DNA of 64,000 nucleotides from Octopus vulgaris (taxonomy: Eukaryota). Made by a program: the position numbers and the translations under genes. The stretch lies in contig OX597814.1 in NCBI GenBank assembly GCA_951406725.2, positions 136,524,001 through 136,588,000 on the forward strand, read 5' to 3'. Below are positions 12,641-25,661 of the stretch, piece after piece; within the stretch, counting starts at the first letter, position 1; each line of letters begins with the position of its first letter. Under the pieces are notes generated by a model, which was given only the letters and a program-made list of their open reading frames with translations, was not told the DNA's origin and made no database searches.

Positions 12641-14042
12641 ATTGGGCTTCCATCACTCGAGCCCATCCAACGGCTCTGACCCCCTCGCAACTCCATTCTT
12701 ACTTCTATGGTCACATACCTTTTCCCCCTTGTCACATATTTTATATCGCCCCATATGGGCTTTAAACATTTTGCAATATTTTTTCATTTACATATTCAAT
12801 TCTTTTTTTTTTCTCTACATTGTATGTTTTGAAAATTATCGTCCTTTCCAGAACGTCTGTTATAATGCTTTTTGGAGGGGCCACTTTAAAATTTCGGTCC
12901 CTCTTTCTTGACAATAACTCTGTGCTCTCTTAAATTTTCGGTATTAATCTTTTTAGTCTTGCTCCCGGCAGCTGCTGCGAAGCTCATCTCCTTTGCACCA
13001 TTTTGTGCTTCGCCAGTTGCAAACTGGATACCTCCAGGTTCCTCCTCATGTTGAACTTTGTTTTTTCCTCCTTTCTATGCGAGTCTTTACTTGTACTAGG
13101 CTTTGATGATACTTTCGTTTAGCATTTTCTAGGCGAATCCTGGTTTGGAGATTCACTCTCCGAAGACAACATTTCTGGTTCCATTTCAAAAATGGCACCA
13201 CACACAGCAAAACTTTTTTTGAACAACAATTCCCCCTCACGCAGGGGAATTAACAAGAATTTGCTTTACATAAAGCAATTAACAGTTCTTACTTTCAAAC
13301 AAATCAACAGGTTTAACAACCTTCTTTTTTTTCTGTTTCTTTCTTACAATCCGACTGCACATGACCTTTTATTCCGCATTTAAAACAACGGGGCTTTCTC
13401 CCCTCATCACTAGTTTGGTGTCCATTACTTCTATAACTTCTGGATTTTTTCCAGGGTCAGCGGCTCCCGTCTGTCCCGTGCGGGCTTCATTTCTCACCTC
13501 CGGTCCTAGTGGATTCACATCTGATGGAAATGCTTCTTTTAGTGTTTTATATATTTCTTCATTTATCAAAATATACCTCATATCTTTATCATAACCTTTT
13601 GGTAATTTTACTTTTGTAATACCTCTCATCTTTGTAATTTTTCTTTCAACTTTTTGATTTGTACAATATGCTACTAAGTATATTCTGTTTCTATATGTGT
13701 TCTCACCCTGTTGTGCATTTTGTGTGTCTGTGCGTCTGTGTTTTTGTGTGTCTGTACGTCTGTGTGTTTGCTTGGTGATTCCGTTCTGCTTGTGATGTTT
13801 CTTCTTTTTTTGTGAAGCTATGGGCATGTTGCTTCTGCTTGTTGTTGTTGTTGCTTGTTTTAATGGGTATATTTCTTCCTGTGTCTTATATTTCTTTTGC
13901 TGTAGTTCCTCCTTGGGCGGAGTATTCCTCCTCTCTCTCTTTCTTGTTCTTACGTCTGTAAACTTTGTGTCCTGTTCTTCGTCTCGGATCTTTTGCTCTA
14001 ATTACTTTGCGCATTCTTGTGCTTCCATCTCTGGGACCTCCT

Positions 14043-14615
14043 TCACTTGTTGGGGACACCATTTTTAATGTGTCCCCTCTCCCCACAAAAATACCAGGTA
14101 GGGAGCCTTCCATCCAATATTACTTCCAATTTTACTCCATTTGGTAGTTCTATTGTCTCCGGTATTCCAGCATATTCTGTTTGGTTGACTCGCAAAAACA
14201 TCTTCAGCCTATAATCCCAACAATTTATTTGTTGGGTACGAGTTATCTGGAGGATGCTAATGCTCACATCCCTTTCTTCGTTTCCCACGTCAAGGATCGC
14301 TGCTGTCAGCCACTCGGGTTCCATTTCAGGCGGAATCCTGCCTACTCTAACTCTGGCAACGCGCTTGCCCAGGTATGTAGGCAGGAGGATCCACTTGTCC
14401 GAATGGAACCGCACAGCGGAGTACTCACTTGCCTCCTTTTTGGAGGCGAAAGTAACCACCATTTTGCCATACCTTCTACCTCTTGTGTAAAAGGTAATAA
14501 CGTCTTTAATCTTCTCTAAGCATTTTTCTACCTCTTCCTCTGTTGCCATATCTATGTTTCTCTTGCTTCTCGAGAACTTTCTGTATACAATCTCTTTCTT
14601 TTCCATTTCCTTCAA
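14043..14615 (-). pseudogene. Tx1-type ORF1 (gag-like, CCHC knuckle) fragment
   Basis: Motifs RVARVRVGRIPPEMEPEWL and EVILDGRLPTWYFCGERGHI. Confidence 0.75.
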
Positions 14616-14713
14616 TTCGTCTTCTGGTGGGGGGAACTTTATGTTAGACCACTCTCTCAGTATCCTTTCTTAGTATTTTTTTATGAGCTCGTCTTTGAAA
14701 TCGACTTCATATA

Positions 14714-14782
<69 letters not shown>

Positions 14783-14812
14783 ATGTATGTATGTATGTAT
14801 GTATGTATGTAT

Positions 14813-17598
14813 CAGTGTTGTTAACTTAAAATCACAATTTTATACTAAATTTCAGTAGAAAAAATACCAAAAAAAATGCTAAAGTAGAAAAAAAGAATGC
14901 TAAAGACTAATCATGTCAAAAAGCTTAATTTTTATTTACATTTATATTTACTTTCTTTAATTATATTCAGCATTGAGAAATAATTTCTTGAATTTCACTG
15001 ATTTGATCACTTTCAGCTGCAGTGCGTAGTTCTTGACTTCTGTATACATTCACGGTCCCAATCTTGTCAATTATGTGTTTTGGAATATCAAAGTTTTAGC
15101 AACATTTGCCATATCTTTTCAGGCCATATTTTACAGACAGTATTGATCTAAGCATGGGAAGCTGCATTTTGCTTTCCAATTTTGATTTGATTACACCCAT
15201 ACTACTGAACAACCATTCAACCTCTGCATTTGAGTTTGACAAAGTTAATAGATTAATGGCAAAATTTGCAACAACTCTAAAAGGATTTCCTCCAGTAGCA
15301 ACTTTATATTCAAGACTTCCAGCCAGAATGCCTCAGTATTTGATGTATTTGTCCATTTAACTAAATGAATGCTATTAAACTGAATTTCATTTAAAGCAAC
15401 TTTTTCTTCATTTAAATGCATTGCTTCTAAGACGGGTAAAATTGGCTCTTTGAAATACTGCAAAATATTCTCTACTGAAAAACAATTGATATTCCTCAGT
15501 ATATTAATATTTTCTGGCAAACGGTGCTTGAGCTCTTTATAAAGGCAGAGTAAAAATTGTTGTGCTCTTTTGTGAATATTATTTTCTCCAGTGGCTGTTA
15601 CAGTTTTCATGATAATCATTTCTGATATCTTTCACTCGAACCTGTAGCCTAATATTGGTTTAGGATCCAGAATCTTTTCAATAGACGCATCAGGATCAAG
15701 AGGATTGATTCCACATGTTGGCAACACTATCATATTAGCAACAGATTTGATCAAATTTGAAAGATCTTCAAATAATTTTGTTTTGTCGACAGTGTTTGAT
15801 TCAAACAGTTTATTCACTTCTTGAACATGTTTTAAAATTGGATGCAAAAATAAAAAGTAAAGTTCATTCTTAGAATCATAAAATATTTCATGTAACGTTT
15901 GTACTATAAAGCACGTTTCTTTTGTAGTAGTAGTTTGGAAGCGAGTTTGCAATTCAAACCATTGACTTAAAATTCTATTTACAGCTGGTTCTATTGACAG
16001 CCACCTAGTTGTACAAGGATTCACAATCTTCACAGGCTCTTTATCATTGATAGCAAAGTAAAGTTGTTTGTAGGCACTTTGTCTTGTTGAAGAATGAGAG
16101 AACCATTTATAGGTTTCAGATACTAAAAATTCTAAATTTATGGGCAGACATTCAGCACAAGTGTGGGATACTGCCAACTGTAAAGAATGACATACACTTT
16201 TAAATAGAAGAGATGATGGAACTTCTTTTAATTTCTGGAAAACACTATTGTTGACTCCTATCATTACTCTAGCATTGTCGGTTCCTATACCCAGTAAATT
16301 TTTTTATATCTAATTTTTTTTTCTGTTAATTCAGTTTTTAAGGCATCTGCAATGCCATCTGCATCACATGTTGAGAAATATATGTACCACTTTTGTTAGT
16401 GTCACCGTAACAATTGATAACAATTCCTAACAACTTGTTTATCGATATATCATTTGGATTCATCTAATAACAGGCTAAATTTTCTATCTCCTATATCAGA
16501 AATCAAATCTCCATCAAAATATGGAGCTACAACATTTCTCATAATATTTGCACATTTTGTACGATGCAACTTCACTTTGGATATAATGTCACTATCAGAC
16601 ATATAATTCTTACATAACTCTATTAAGTGATCACAGTTAGTAAATGATGAGTGGCAACAAATAAACATTGCTAAACTTGCTTCAAGCATAGATGTCTTAT
16701 CATTTTTAGTTTTAATAAAATTGGTAAGAGAAATCATTTGCTGTGGAGTTGATGCCTTATGTTTCTTTGCTTCACAGTGGCTTTCTGAAAGAGAATATTT
16801 TGCCAACATATGACATCTACAATATCTGCAATTTGCTTTAGATTGGTCACTAGCTACTTCACACAACCACTTAGTAAATGCTGGCATCTTAAGCCATTCC
16901 TTTCGGAATTTTTGCTGGTACAACTTTCTTTTTTCTTTTCTCATTATAATGTAGTGGGAAGCAAGAAATAAATTGAATGGTTGATAAAAAATATAAAATT
17001 GAAAATAAAATTTATCAGTTTGCAGCTAGCAATTCTTTCATTTGCCGTTAACAATTCTTACGTTAGCATGAAAAAACACAGACCTATTTTAAAACAGTTA
17101 AACTGAAAATAAATCAACCTGTCATGATAAAAACTCATCACTACAGAATAAAGCATTCTTAGGACGAATTTCCACGCTTTCATTCTTTGAGACATATTTA
17201 CATTATTGTGTAGTGAGTTCAGGTGTTGGCATGAGTTTACTCCCCCCGCAAGCACCACTCTGTATCCAAGCGGGGGGGGGCTGGAAAAGTTCATAACTTG
17301 ATAAAATTCCTTTGGATAACTTTCATTTGAAGTTTCATGAAAGTTAAAGAAAAATTTAACAAAAGCCAATACTACTAAAATTTGGCTGTAAGATACTTTA
17401 ACGAGAGTAGAAAAGGAGGAAAAAGAAGAAAAAGGGGTAACTATGGTGGAAATATCATGATGAGAGACAAATGCTAAAAAAATGCTTAATAAAATTTTAA
17501 ACCTGCTATTATCCCTGTTAAATGCTAGATTCAAAAATTTTCTGCTAAATGCTAAAAAAATGCTAGATCTAGCTAAATATGCTACATTGGCAACACTG
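14813..17598 (-). mobile_element. hAT (Tip100/ZNF862-like) DNA transposon, both ends present, transposase frameshifted
   Basis: TIRs CAGTGTTGTTAA (14813) and TTGGCAACACTG (ends 17598). 8-bp flanks GTATGTAT on both sides. Transposase motifs YQQKFRKEW...CRYC, FSLLLDES, GTDNA, VCHSLQL, TRWLS, SNAEVE. Confidence 0.92.
15000..16944 (-). pseudogene. hAT transposase pseudogene
   Basis: Consecutive minus-strand ORFs 16450-16944, 15632-16264 and 15245-15619, plus a C-terminal dimerisation-domain motif near 15230. Confidence 0.9.
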
Positions 17599-17624
17599 GT
17601 ATGTATGTATGTATGTATGTATAC

Positions 17625-18255
17625 GTTTGTGTGCGTGTGTTTACTCCCTCCCCCAACATTACTTAACAACCGATGCTGGTGTGTTTACGGACCCTGTAAC
17701 TTAGCGGTTCGGCAAAATAAACCAATAGAATAAGTACTATGTTTACAAAGAATAAGTTCCAGGTTTTAAAAAAAACTAGCAGTATCGCTCGGCGTTGCTC
17801 GAGTTTGTTTCGACCCTTTAGAATTGGATTTTTGAAAAGTAAAAATTTTGCATTATGTAGCTTGTTATTCTCTTTAAGTGAACATTTTTCTGGTTGAAAT
17901 ACACGGAGAAATGGCGACACAGCAGTCAAAAAATGGTAAAAAATAGGGATTTTCATAGAAAAAAGCACCTTTTTGATGTAAATAATTTTCCGTGTTAACA
18001 TGGTCCAATTTGAATTTTTTCTTCTACGGAAGGAAGAGCAAGCCTTTTTCTATCATACTGTTAATTTTGGTCAACTTGCGCCGCAGGGTCTCGGAGGAGA
18101 TAGTGTCAGTTGAAGGCTACCAAACCTGCCATACACAGACAACTTCAGCTTTATATAGAGAGAGATAAGTCGTGGGATCTATTCGTTCGACTATAATTCC
18201 CCAAGCTGGTGCCACAGCATGGCTGCAGTCTAATGACTGAAACAAGTAAAAATCA
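17625..18255 (+). mobile_element. SINE family A 3' half, interrupted by a Helitron-like insertion
   Basis: SINE blocks at 17625-17775 and 18166-18255 join across the insertion. Confidence 0.75.
17776..18165 (-). mobile_element. Non-autonomous Helitron-like element
   Basis: On the minus strand it begins TC, ends with a GC-rich imperfect hairpin plus CTAG, and sits between A and T with no TSD. Confidence 0.7.
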
Positions 18256-18741
18256 TAAGACATGATTGTTTGGGTGTCTGTGTTTGTGTATGTGTTTATG
18301 CAGTTATTTGTGTGTGTGTGTGTGTGTGTGCGTGTCTGTATAACTCCAAGCGTGCGTGTGTGTACGTGTGTGTATGTGTGTATATGTATGTGACTGCAAG
18401 AGTGTGTGTGTGTGCGCGTGCGTACGTGCGTGTGTATGTATGTGTGTTTATGTGTGTTTGTTCTTTTCTATGATTTTATGTGTTAACAAGGGATTCTGCG
18501 GATTATGTGAACTTTGATTTATCCGTTGTTGTTGTTGTTAGTAAAACGTAAACGCGCATGCACACTCACGAATACGCGCGCATACGTTTACAAATACATG
18601 CACACATGCGTATGTACATACGTGTGCTTGTGTGTGTGAGTAAATATGTATTTGCCACTGCCTGTGGGTGTGTACAGACAGAAAGAGAGAGAGAGAGAGA
18701 CACACACACACACACATACACATACACACACACGCACACAC

Positions 18742-18789
<48 letters not shown>

Positions 18790-19892
18790 TGGGAAAGGTC
18801 CATTATGAATTGATGCAGCTTTAACGCAATAAAACTGAAATAGTCTGGTGAATCCTTCCTTTTGTTGGTTTATGAAAGCGTGTATGTATAGCGTGATGCA
18901 TTAAATATTTAGGGTAAACCAAGAAATTAATCACTTGGTAATTTTCAAATTGAAAACAGTACCACTCAAGCGTGCAAGTCAGTACATGTGATACCTAAGC
19001 AGCAAGGGAAAATGCTTGCCATCTGTTGTGTATAAACGGTCATTATACATGATACATTATATTATGAAACATTATTAATCAAGCCGTTTTAAATTTCATG
19101 ATGTTCACAGTTACAAAAAAAATTAGTAAGATAATTTGCAAAGAGAGAGATAAATGCAAATCAATGACGTTTATCTTGCAGGATTTTAACCTTCGATAAC
19201 AAATAGTTGCTTTTTTTTTTAGAGAGAATATCATAACTTATATCATAGTTTATTTGAATAAGCTATCTAATAAACTGGCTACAGTGCAAAGAGAAGTAAG
19301 CTCGTTGTAAAATAGCTGCAATACATAGAAGTAAGGTCATTGCAAAAGGTTACGAAATACATTTGTGTTCAGGTCTGGATTTTGTTTATTCTATGTAAAA
19401 CGCATGCAACTAACCAATGAGGGAGCGTCTATGCGATTGTTCGAGACCAGCTAGAAATAACAATACATTGTCTGAAGAATAAAAAAAAAAACATGGCGAG
19501 AGGATAAAGGTTGAAATACCTTGTATCATAATATAATGTTAGTTTGATCAGGATTGACCCAGACCTAAACAACATCAACAACAGCAACAACAACAACAAC
19601 AACAACAACAATAATAATAATATATAGCATATTTTACATCAAAGTTAAACATTTTACAGCTTTTATGTAGTTTATTTATGTATCTTAATTGTTAATGTTT
19701 ATTTTGAATGTATCATAGAGGAAAGAAGGTCTTGTCAGAAAGAATGAGCTCTCCATCTCACTCTTCCGAAAAATTCAACCATCTTTCTGATAGCTTTTTC
19801 ATGTGGACCCTATTCGTGAACTTCGAAACATTTTTCATGAACATAGATGTGTAAGATCAATTATTTGAATGTTATATGGTGTTCACCAAATA

Positions 19893-21060
19893 TTGGGTTG
19901 GCCAAAAAGTCCGTTCGGTTCTTTGAGTGGGAACAAAACAAGTTTTAAAAACAAAGCGATTTATTCAATCAATGATATAATTATCACTTCGTTTCAATAT
20001 CTTCTGCCATCTTGTAGGCAGATCCATTATTTCCTGCACAAACAATTTCGTGTCTTTACTAAGGGAAAAAAATCTTCCAGGTGACTTTTTACATTCACTT
20101 CAGAGCTGAAGATTTGTCCCTCCAATGAATTTTGAAGAGACTGAAACAAGTGGAAATCTGAAAGGCGAAAAATCAGGCGAATATGGAAGGTGCGGCAAAA
20201 CTTCCCAGCCAATCTCCAGGAACTTCTGCCGCGTCTGCAAAGCAGTATGCGGTCTGACATGGCCATGAGATACAATGCCTTTACAATAAACAATTATTGG
20301 ACGCTTCTGGTGAATGGTTGCGTTTAATTTGTCCTGCTACTCCAGTACACATCAAAATTGATGGTCCTGTCTGTGATAAGAAGCTCGTAAAAAGCAACAC
20401 CCTTCTAATCCTACCAAACTGAAAGCATAAACTTTGAGTGAAGTCTTGCTTCACCCATGAGCGTTTGCGTTTCATATTGTTATAGACGATCTATTTTTCG
20501 TCTCTTGTTAAAATTCTCTTCAAAAAGGGGTAATTTTGTTTATGTTTCTGTAAAGAGCTACAGATGGAAATCCATTGAGCAAAGTTAGTCTCATTCAATT
20601 GATATGGAACCCATGCCTCACGTTGATCCGGATGGTTTTTCAACATTCACTTTGGATATTTGGGGAATATCTGCAATGATTCTATTTGTACAGCAGGGGT
20701 TGGGGTTACTATTAATCTCAGTTCGCTGACCAGAGTGAGGTGCATCTTGACGCCGAAAGTTTTCCCGATCGAAATCTTGAAACCCACTACTGGCACGCAT
20801 GTTCCGTAACAGCATCCTCCCCAAACACTGCGCACATCTCCCTGCAGGATTCCACTGCTTTCTTACCATTTTTAAAATAAAAAAAGTATGAGGTGTCGAT
20901 AAAGTTCGTCTTGGTTCTTCATATTCAGGATGATTCAAAACACACACGATACAACCTGTCTCGTTGCAAGTCTGCGCCAAACAACGTTGAAGTGTCAAGT
21001 ATCTAACGAGTGCTCATGTGCAAGGGACAAACTGAAGTTAGCTTCCTTTTGGCACCCCAA
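19893..21060 (-). mobile_element. Decayed mariner (DD34D-like) transposon
   Basis: TIRs ttgggttggccaaaaag and cttttggcaccccaa. Minus-strand WVPY and SDFHLFQSLQNSLEG motifs. Confidence 0.85.
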
Positions 21061-21104
21061 CATCCAGTATAGTAACATCTAATTTTATTATTGCTAAACC
21101 TTCA

Positions 21105-21325
21105 TAAGGTGGTGAGCTGATAGCTTCGGTAGCATGCCGGACGAAACGCTTTGCGGCATTTACGTTCTGCAGTCTTTAATTTCCGCGTTCAAATCCCACC
21201 GAGGTCGACTTTCACTTTTTTGGCGTGGATAAAATTAGTACAAGTTCAGCATTTAGATTGATATAATCAGCTGGACCCCTCCCTCAAAATTTCAGGTCTT
21301 GTATCTGTAATAGAAAGGATTATTA
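21105..21325 (+). mobile_element. tRNA-derived SINE family B with tail type 2
   Basis: ggtggtgagctg head, gttcaaatccc B-box, gaggtcgactt central domain, tail aaatttcaggtcttgt...agaaaggattatt. Confidence 0.75.
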
Positions 21326-22254
21326 TTAAACTTCATACACATGTGTGTGAGAGAGAGAGAGAGAGAGCCATATATTTTGTACATAGTTTTCTCTCATACA
21401 CATACATAAACTCAAATATTTTTGAGAATGATAGACTTCTGCGGTTGAGATCGATTCTGTCAATACCCAGGTGTTTACATGACTCTGCATTTATTTCATT
21501 GTTGGATAAAATCTATAGATATAATCCACAGCGCAATATAACATTGACTGAAACAACATACTGTCAACGCCCCAATAATTTAATACCCACCACCACCACC
21601 ACACACACAGGTGCACGCACTAGAGTTGAACTGGTGAAATCATTGCGACGTTGTATAGAATGTCTCACAGTGTTTGTTCCGCTTCTCTACCCTCCGGGTT
21701 GAAACTCTGCAGAGGTCAGCTGCTAAAGTGTCGGTCAAGATACACCTTGTGGTAACTGCTCGTAACGCGTCGCCCGATTTAACACGACCATCAGGTGTAC
21801 CTCTCTGTCTTTAACAGTGTTCATACTGTTACAAGCGTTCCAGTTAGAGCCCTCCATTTCCTCACCGATCACGTTTCTTCTGGATTCATTGATCTGCAGA
21901 TGTTTCGGTTGGGCATCATTAAACACGATCTCACTAACCTAAGAAAATCTCCAAAGGTCATGGGCGTTTCTCTTTCTCTTCTAGAATTAGTGTTAGGGTT
22001 AGGGTTCTCTAGGCTCTGAGTGTCAGGCAAGACGTCTTGCCGTATCTGCTCCTAACTTGCCTCCTTTCTGTCTTAAGCAGTGTTCACACTTTTAAAAGGA
22101 TTCGATCTAGAGCCCTTTAGATGATATATATACTCACACACGCAAACATATATTATATTGATATATACGTACATGTATGTATGTATACATAGTATGTATG
22201 TATATATGTATGTATATATAGTATGTATGTATATATGTATGTATACATAAATAC

Positions 22255-23100
22255 ATCTATAAATGGCTAGTTTGTGTGTTTGTGAATTTGTTACTTTAAC
22301 TCCTCCGAGACTATCCAGCAGACTTTGATGAAACTTGACATGTGTGTGGTTCTTATGCCCATGCGGTCACTTACGCACTTGGAATTTTTAAAAAATCGAT
22401 TTTTAATCAGCATCGATTTTTCAAAATTCGTAAAATTTCGGCATTTTTCGCACTAGCCATCGTGACATCAATTTGACGAAAAATACCGAAATTTGGCAAA
22501 AAATATTTCATGGATATAAAGAGGCAGCTAATCTATTTAGCATTTGCTAATTCTCATTTCAATACGAATTGTTTCGATTTGCTAAAACTTAGCATTTCAA
22601 TTCGTTGTTTTAATTCCCCAGCGTTTCCGGTTTTAAATAGGTAAATGAATTTTATTTCTCAAACACAATTTAGGCATTTTGCGCACCAGCCGTCGTGACA
22701 TGAATTTGACGAAATCTGCCCCCAAAGCGTAAAATTTCGCTATTTTACGCACTTGCACTTAAAGGACGACGACACAGGTTCGCTACCAGACTCTGCTCAT
22801 TTTTCCGTCAAATTGGTCCTACCCATTAATATAGATTTAAAATTTTTGAAAAATGTCGAAATTTGACGAAAAATGTTTCATGGCTATAAACAGACATCTT
22901 ATTTACGGTAATTTATTTAGCATTTTTTTGATTTGCTAAAACATTTCAATTCGTTGTTTTAATTCCCTAGTATTTCAAATTTTAAATAAGGAAGTCCATT
23001 TTATTTCTCAAGCATTTTCTATTCAATATTTCATGCATAACTATAAATATACTTACTGACAATCAAACTACATTTATACAAACTACTGCTTATATTACAA
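22255..23100 (+). mobile_element. Helentron/HINE-like non-autonomous element with internal duplications
   Basis: Motif aactcctcc...ttgatgaaacttgacatg, and duplicated blocks ~22485-22660 versus ~22855-23010. Confidence 0.45.
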
Positions 23101-23492
23101 GATTTAACTTATCAGTATATCTCCTCTTAACTTACGAATACATTGGAGTTCAGATTTGCGTTAAGTTACTACCTGAACCTTAACTCTTATAAAATGTTCA
23201 GGCTCTTATATCAGTCTTTTAAGACAGGCGATATTCTCATGTGAGCCTCAACTTACTTAAAAAGTCAAGACTTCTTATCTACCATATCAAGGGTATTTAT
23301 TCCTCAGATTGGATAACCCGTGTTATTTTGTCAAAACACGAAACATATGTGGTTTTAGTGCCCTAACTTGAGTGGATTTCGTACACGGAAACTGAAAGAA
23401 GATTGTCGTATATATATGTATATTTCTCTGCGTGTGTGTCTGTGTTTGTACCCCCACCATTACTTGACAACCGATGAACTTAGCAGTTCCGT

Positions 23493-23588
23493 TTTAGGGT
23501 TAGGGTTTTAGGGATAGGGTTAGGGTTATGGTTTTAGGGTTAGCGATATAGGGTTAGGGTTAGGGTTGGGGCTTTGGGGTTAGGGTTA
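23493..23588 (+). repeat. Degenerate interstitial telomeric (TTAGGG)n array
   Basis: Multiple ttaggg units and variants, abutting a truncated SINE A fragment (23370-23490). Confidence 0.85.
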
Positions 23589-24174
23589 CGGAAAAAGTGA
23601 AAAATGAAAACATTGGAGAAGGGAGGGGCAAGGGGGCGCAAAATATTTCAAAATTTCAATTTTTGGCAATTTTCCGGAATCTCCGTATCCGAAAAGCTGG
23701 GGTTTTGGCAAAAAAATAAATAAATAATAAACAATAATTTGGGAGAAAATGGGTGGGGGGACGGGAGGAAGTCTTTCCGAAAATAGTAGCTGAAAAACAA
23801 GGGAAAAACCTTAAAGCAGTAGAAATGCACGAACGATTATGGTGGTGTCATGAAGTAAACGTGCTTCAGATACACTCGTTTATTCATACAAACGTAACTG
23901 AGATGAAATATGTCATAAATAACAGTGACAAACGAAATATACACCGCCAGAAGTTGTTGTTGACAAACAACAGCAGTAACTTTATTCAGCTCAATAGACG
24001 TCATTGATTGGTTGAAATTACCGAAATACGATCACTTTAACACGAAATAACTTTTCTCAACAACGCTAAGAGTAAAAGATGTTCTATATGACACATTCTT
24101 CCAGTATCCGAAGTTTGAAAGTGTTTAGTTGAAAAAAAATTAATTTATCGACCTGCCAATCAAACGGAAAAGAT

Positions 24175-24242
<68 letters not shown>

Positions 24243-24299
24243 GGATCTTTTCTATATATACATACATACATACGTGTATGTATGTGTGTGTGTGTGTAC

Positions 24300-24397
24300 A
24301 GGAAAAATTTAATCATTATTAGGTGTGACTAAGGTTGCCGAAGCACCTACATTGCTAGAAATAAGAGTTTAAAATCGTCAATACTGTAAGAAGAGTG

Positions 24398-24445
<48 letters not shown>

Positions 24446-24960
24446 TGACAGGGGAGGACCGTCTCTAGAATCACTAGACTAGTTCTAGCAATGTAGGTGC
24501 ACCGGCACCCTTAGTCACACTTAGTGACGATTAAAGTTTTCCTTTATGGTATTACATTGTACATTGGCCTAGCTGTTTATGCGCTTATGAATTTGTGTTG
24601 CAAGATTCCTCATGTGAAACCGTGTGTTGAAACATATTGTAATATTTCAGGATAGTCATATTTTTTCTTTTGCTAAATAAACACACGCGCTATATATTCG
24701 TTCTTCACTTGTTTATTGCTGTTCTAATTTCATCTTATGTCCAATGTCCGGAAATCTTTTGTCACACATCTGTGACCTCTCCAGTGACCTTTTCTGTCCA
24801 CGTATGTCCTCCTGCTCTGCTTAATCCATTCTGTCCTATCTTTCGTCGTTTCTCTGTTGTGGGATAATATTCTGTTTTTGAAGGGTAGGTTTGTCAGATT
24901 AATACAACTCATATCGTACGAATTATCATATGCTTTGTTAAATAGCGTGTGAAAGGGTTT
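24300..24960. mobile_element. Penelope-like relic: ~70-bp inverted repeat around (TA)n plus possible GIY-YIG fragment
   Basis: 24300-24365 is inverted relative to ~24480-24543. The minus-strand peptide CINLTNLPFKNRILSHN resembles YIGxT..FKxR..xH. Confidence 0.45.
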
Positions 24961-25304
24961 AGTGCCATTTGTACCTCTTGAACTTCTTGCTGCCCTATCA
25001 TTTCTCTGGTGACCATCTCTTTGTTGTCTCTGTTGTTGTTGTTGTTGTTATTGTTGTTCTCCTTCTTCTTGGTGGCGGTGGTCGTGGTGCTGGTGGTGTT
25101 TCTATTGGTAATGTTTTTTCTGTAATGTTTACTTTGGTTTGGATGTTTTCACAGTTATTTCGTTATTGCTGTTGTTATTGTCGTTACCCTCCCCACTATC
25201 ATCGTTATATATATACACATACATACATACATGCGATGGGACGTAGACATACTTGGATTGGTGTCTGACGGCCAAGTAAGCCCATTGAGACTGAGGGACC
25301 CCTG

Positions 25305-25442
25305 GTCGATAAATTTATCGACCCGAAAGGATGAAATGTAAAGTCGACCTCGGTGGAATTTGAACTCAGAACATAAAGACCGACGAAAAACCGCTAAGTA
25401 TTTCGCCCGGCGTGCTAACGTTTCTGCCAGCTTGCCGCCTTC
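25305..25442 (-). mobile_element. SINE family B, 3'-truncated
   Basis: Head ggcggcaagctggcagaaacgttagcacgccgggcg on the minus strand. Confidence 0.8.
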
Positions 25443-25661
25443 CTTTTACACAATATTAAAAGAACGGCTCAAAGTTTTCTGAAGCAGCACCCCCACTAAT
25501 TTTATCTTCGAGCTGAGAGTCGCTGTGGTGTTGGTATTGCCTGGTATTGCTACTGAGAGTTGCTGTGGTGTTGTGTAAGCCGCACTCGACTTAAAACACT
25601 TGCATCTCTCAGCCATGGTCAAGCTTATCTCATGAGTAGACAGCTATCGCATGCATAAATT

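Larger units (their letters stand above)
10475..14710 (-). mobile_element. Decayed Tx1/L1-clade LINE with internal deletions
   Basis: ORF1 has a zinc-knuckle relic (WYFCGERGHIKNG, 14043-14615). RT motifs (CPLSPLLYVIALE, VSAYATDIT, LVRKDPDKGDRIDNF) lie at 11400-12640, and the C-terminus (KKKVGLERKYLSDSIFKDRW) at 10708-11226. The 3' UTR ends ...ccccttgtgggcaataaagaaa. Confidence 0.85.

Noticed and set aside
21730-22115. Possible old LINE fragment with a weak ~50-bp direct repeat
   Set aside because: Similarity is too weak to assign.
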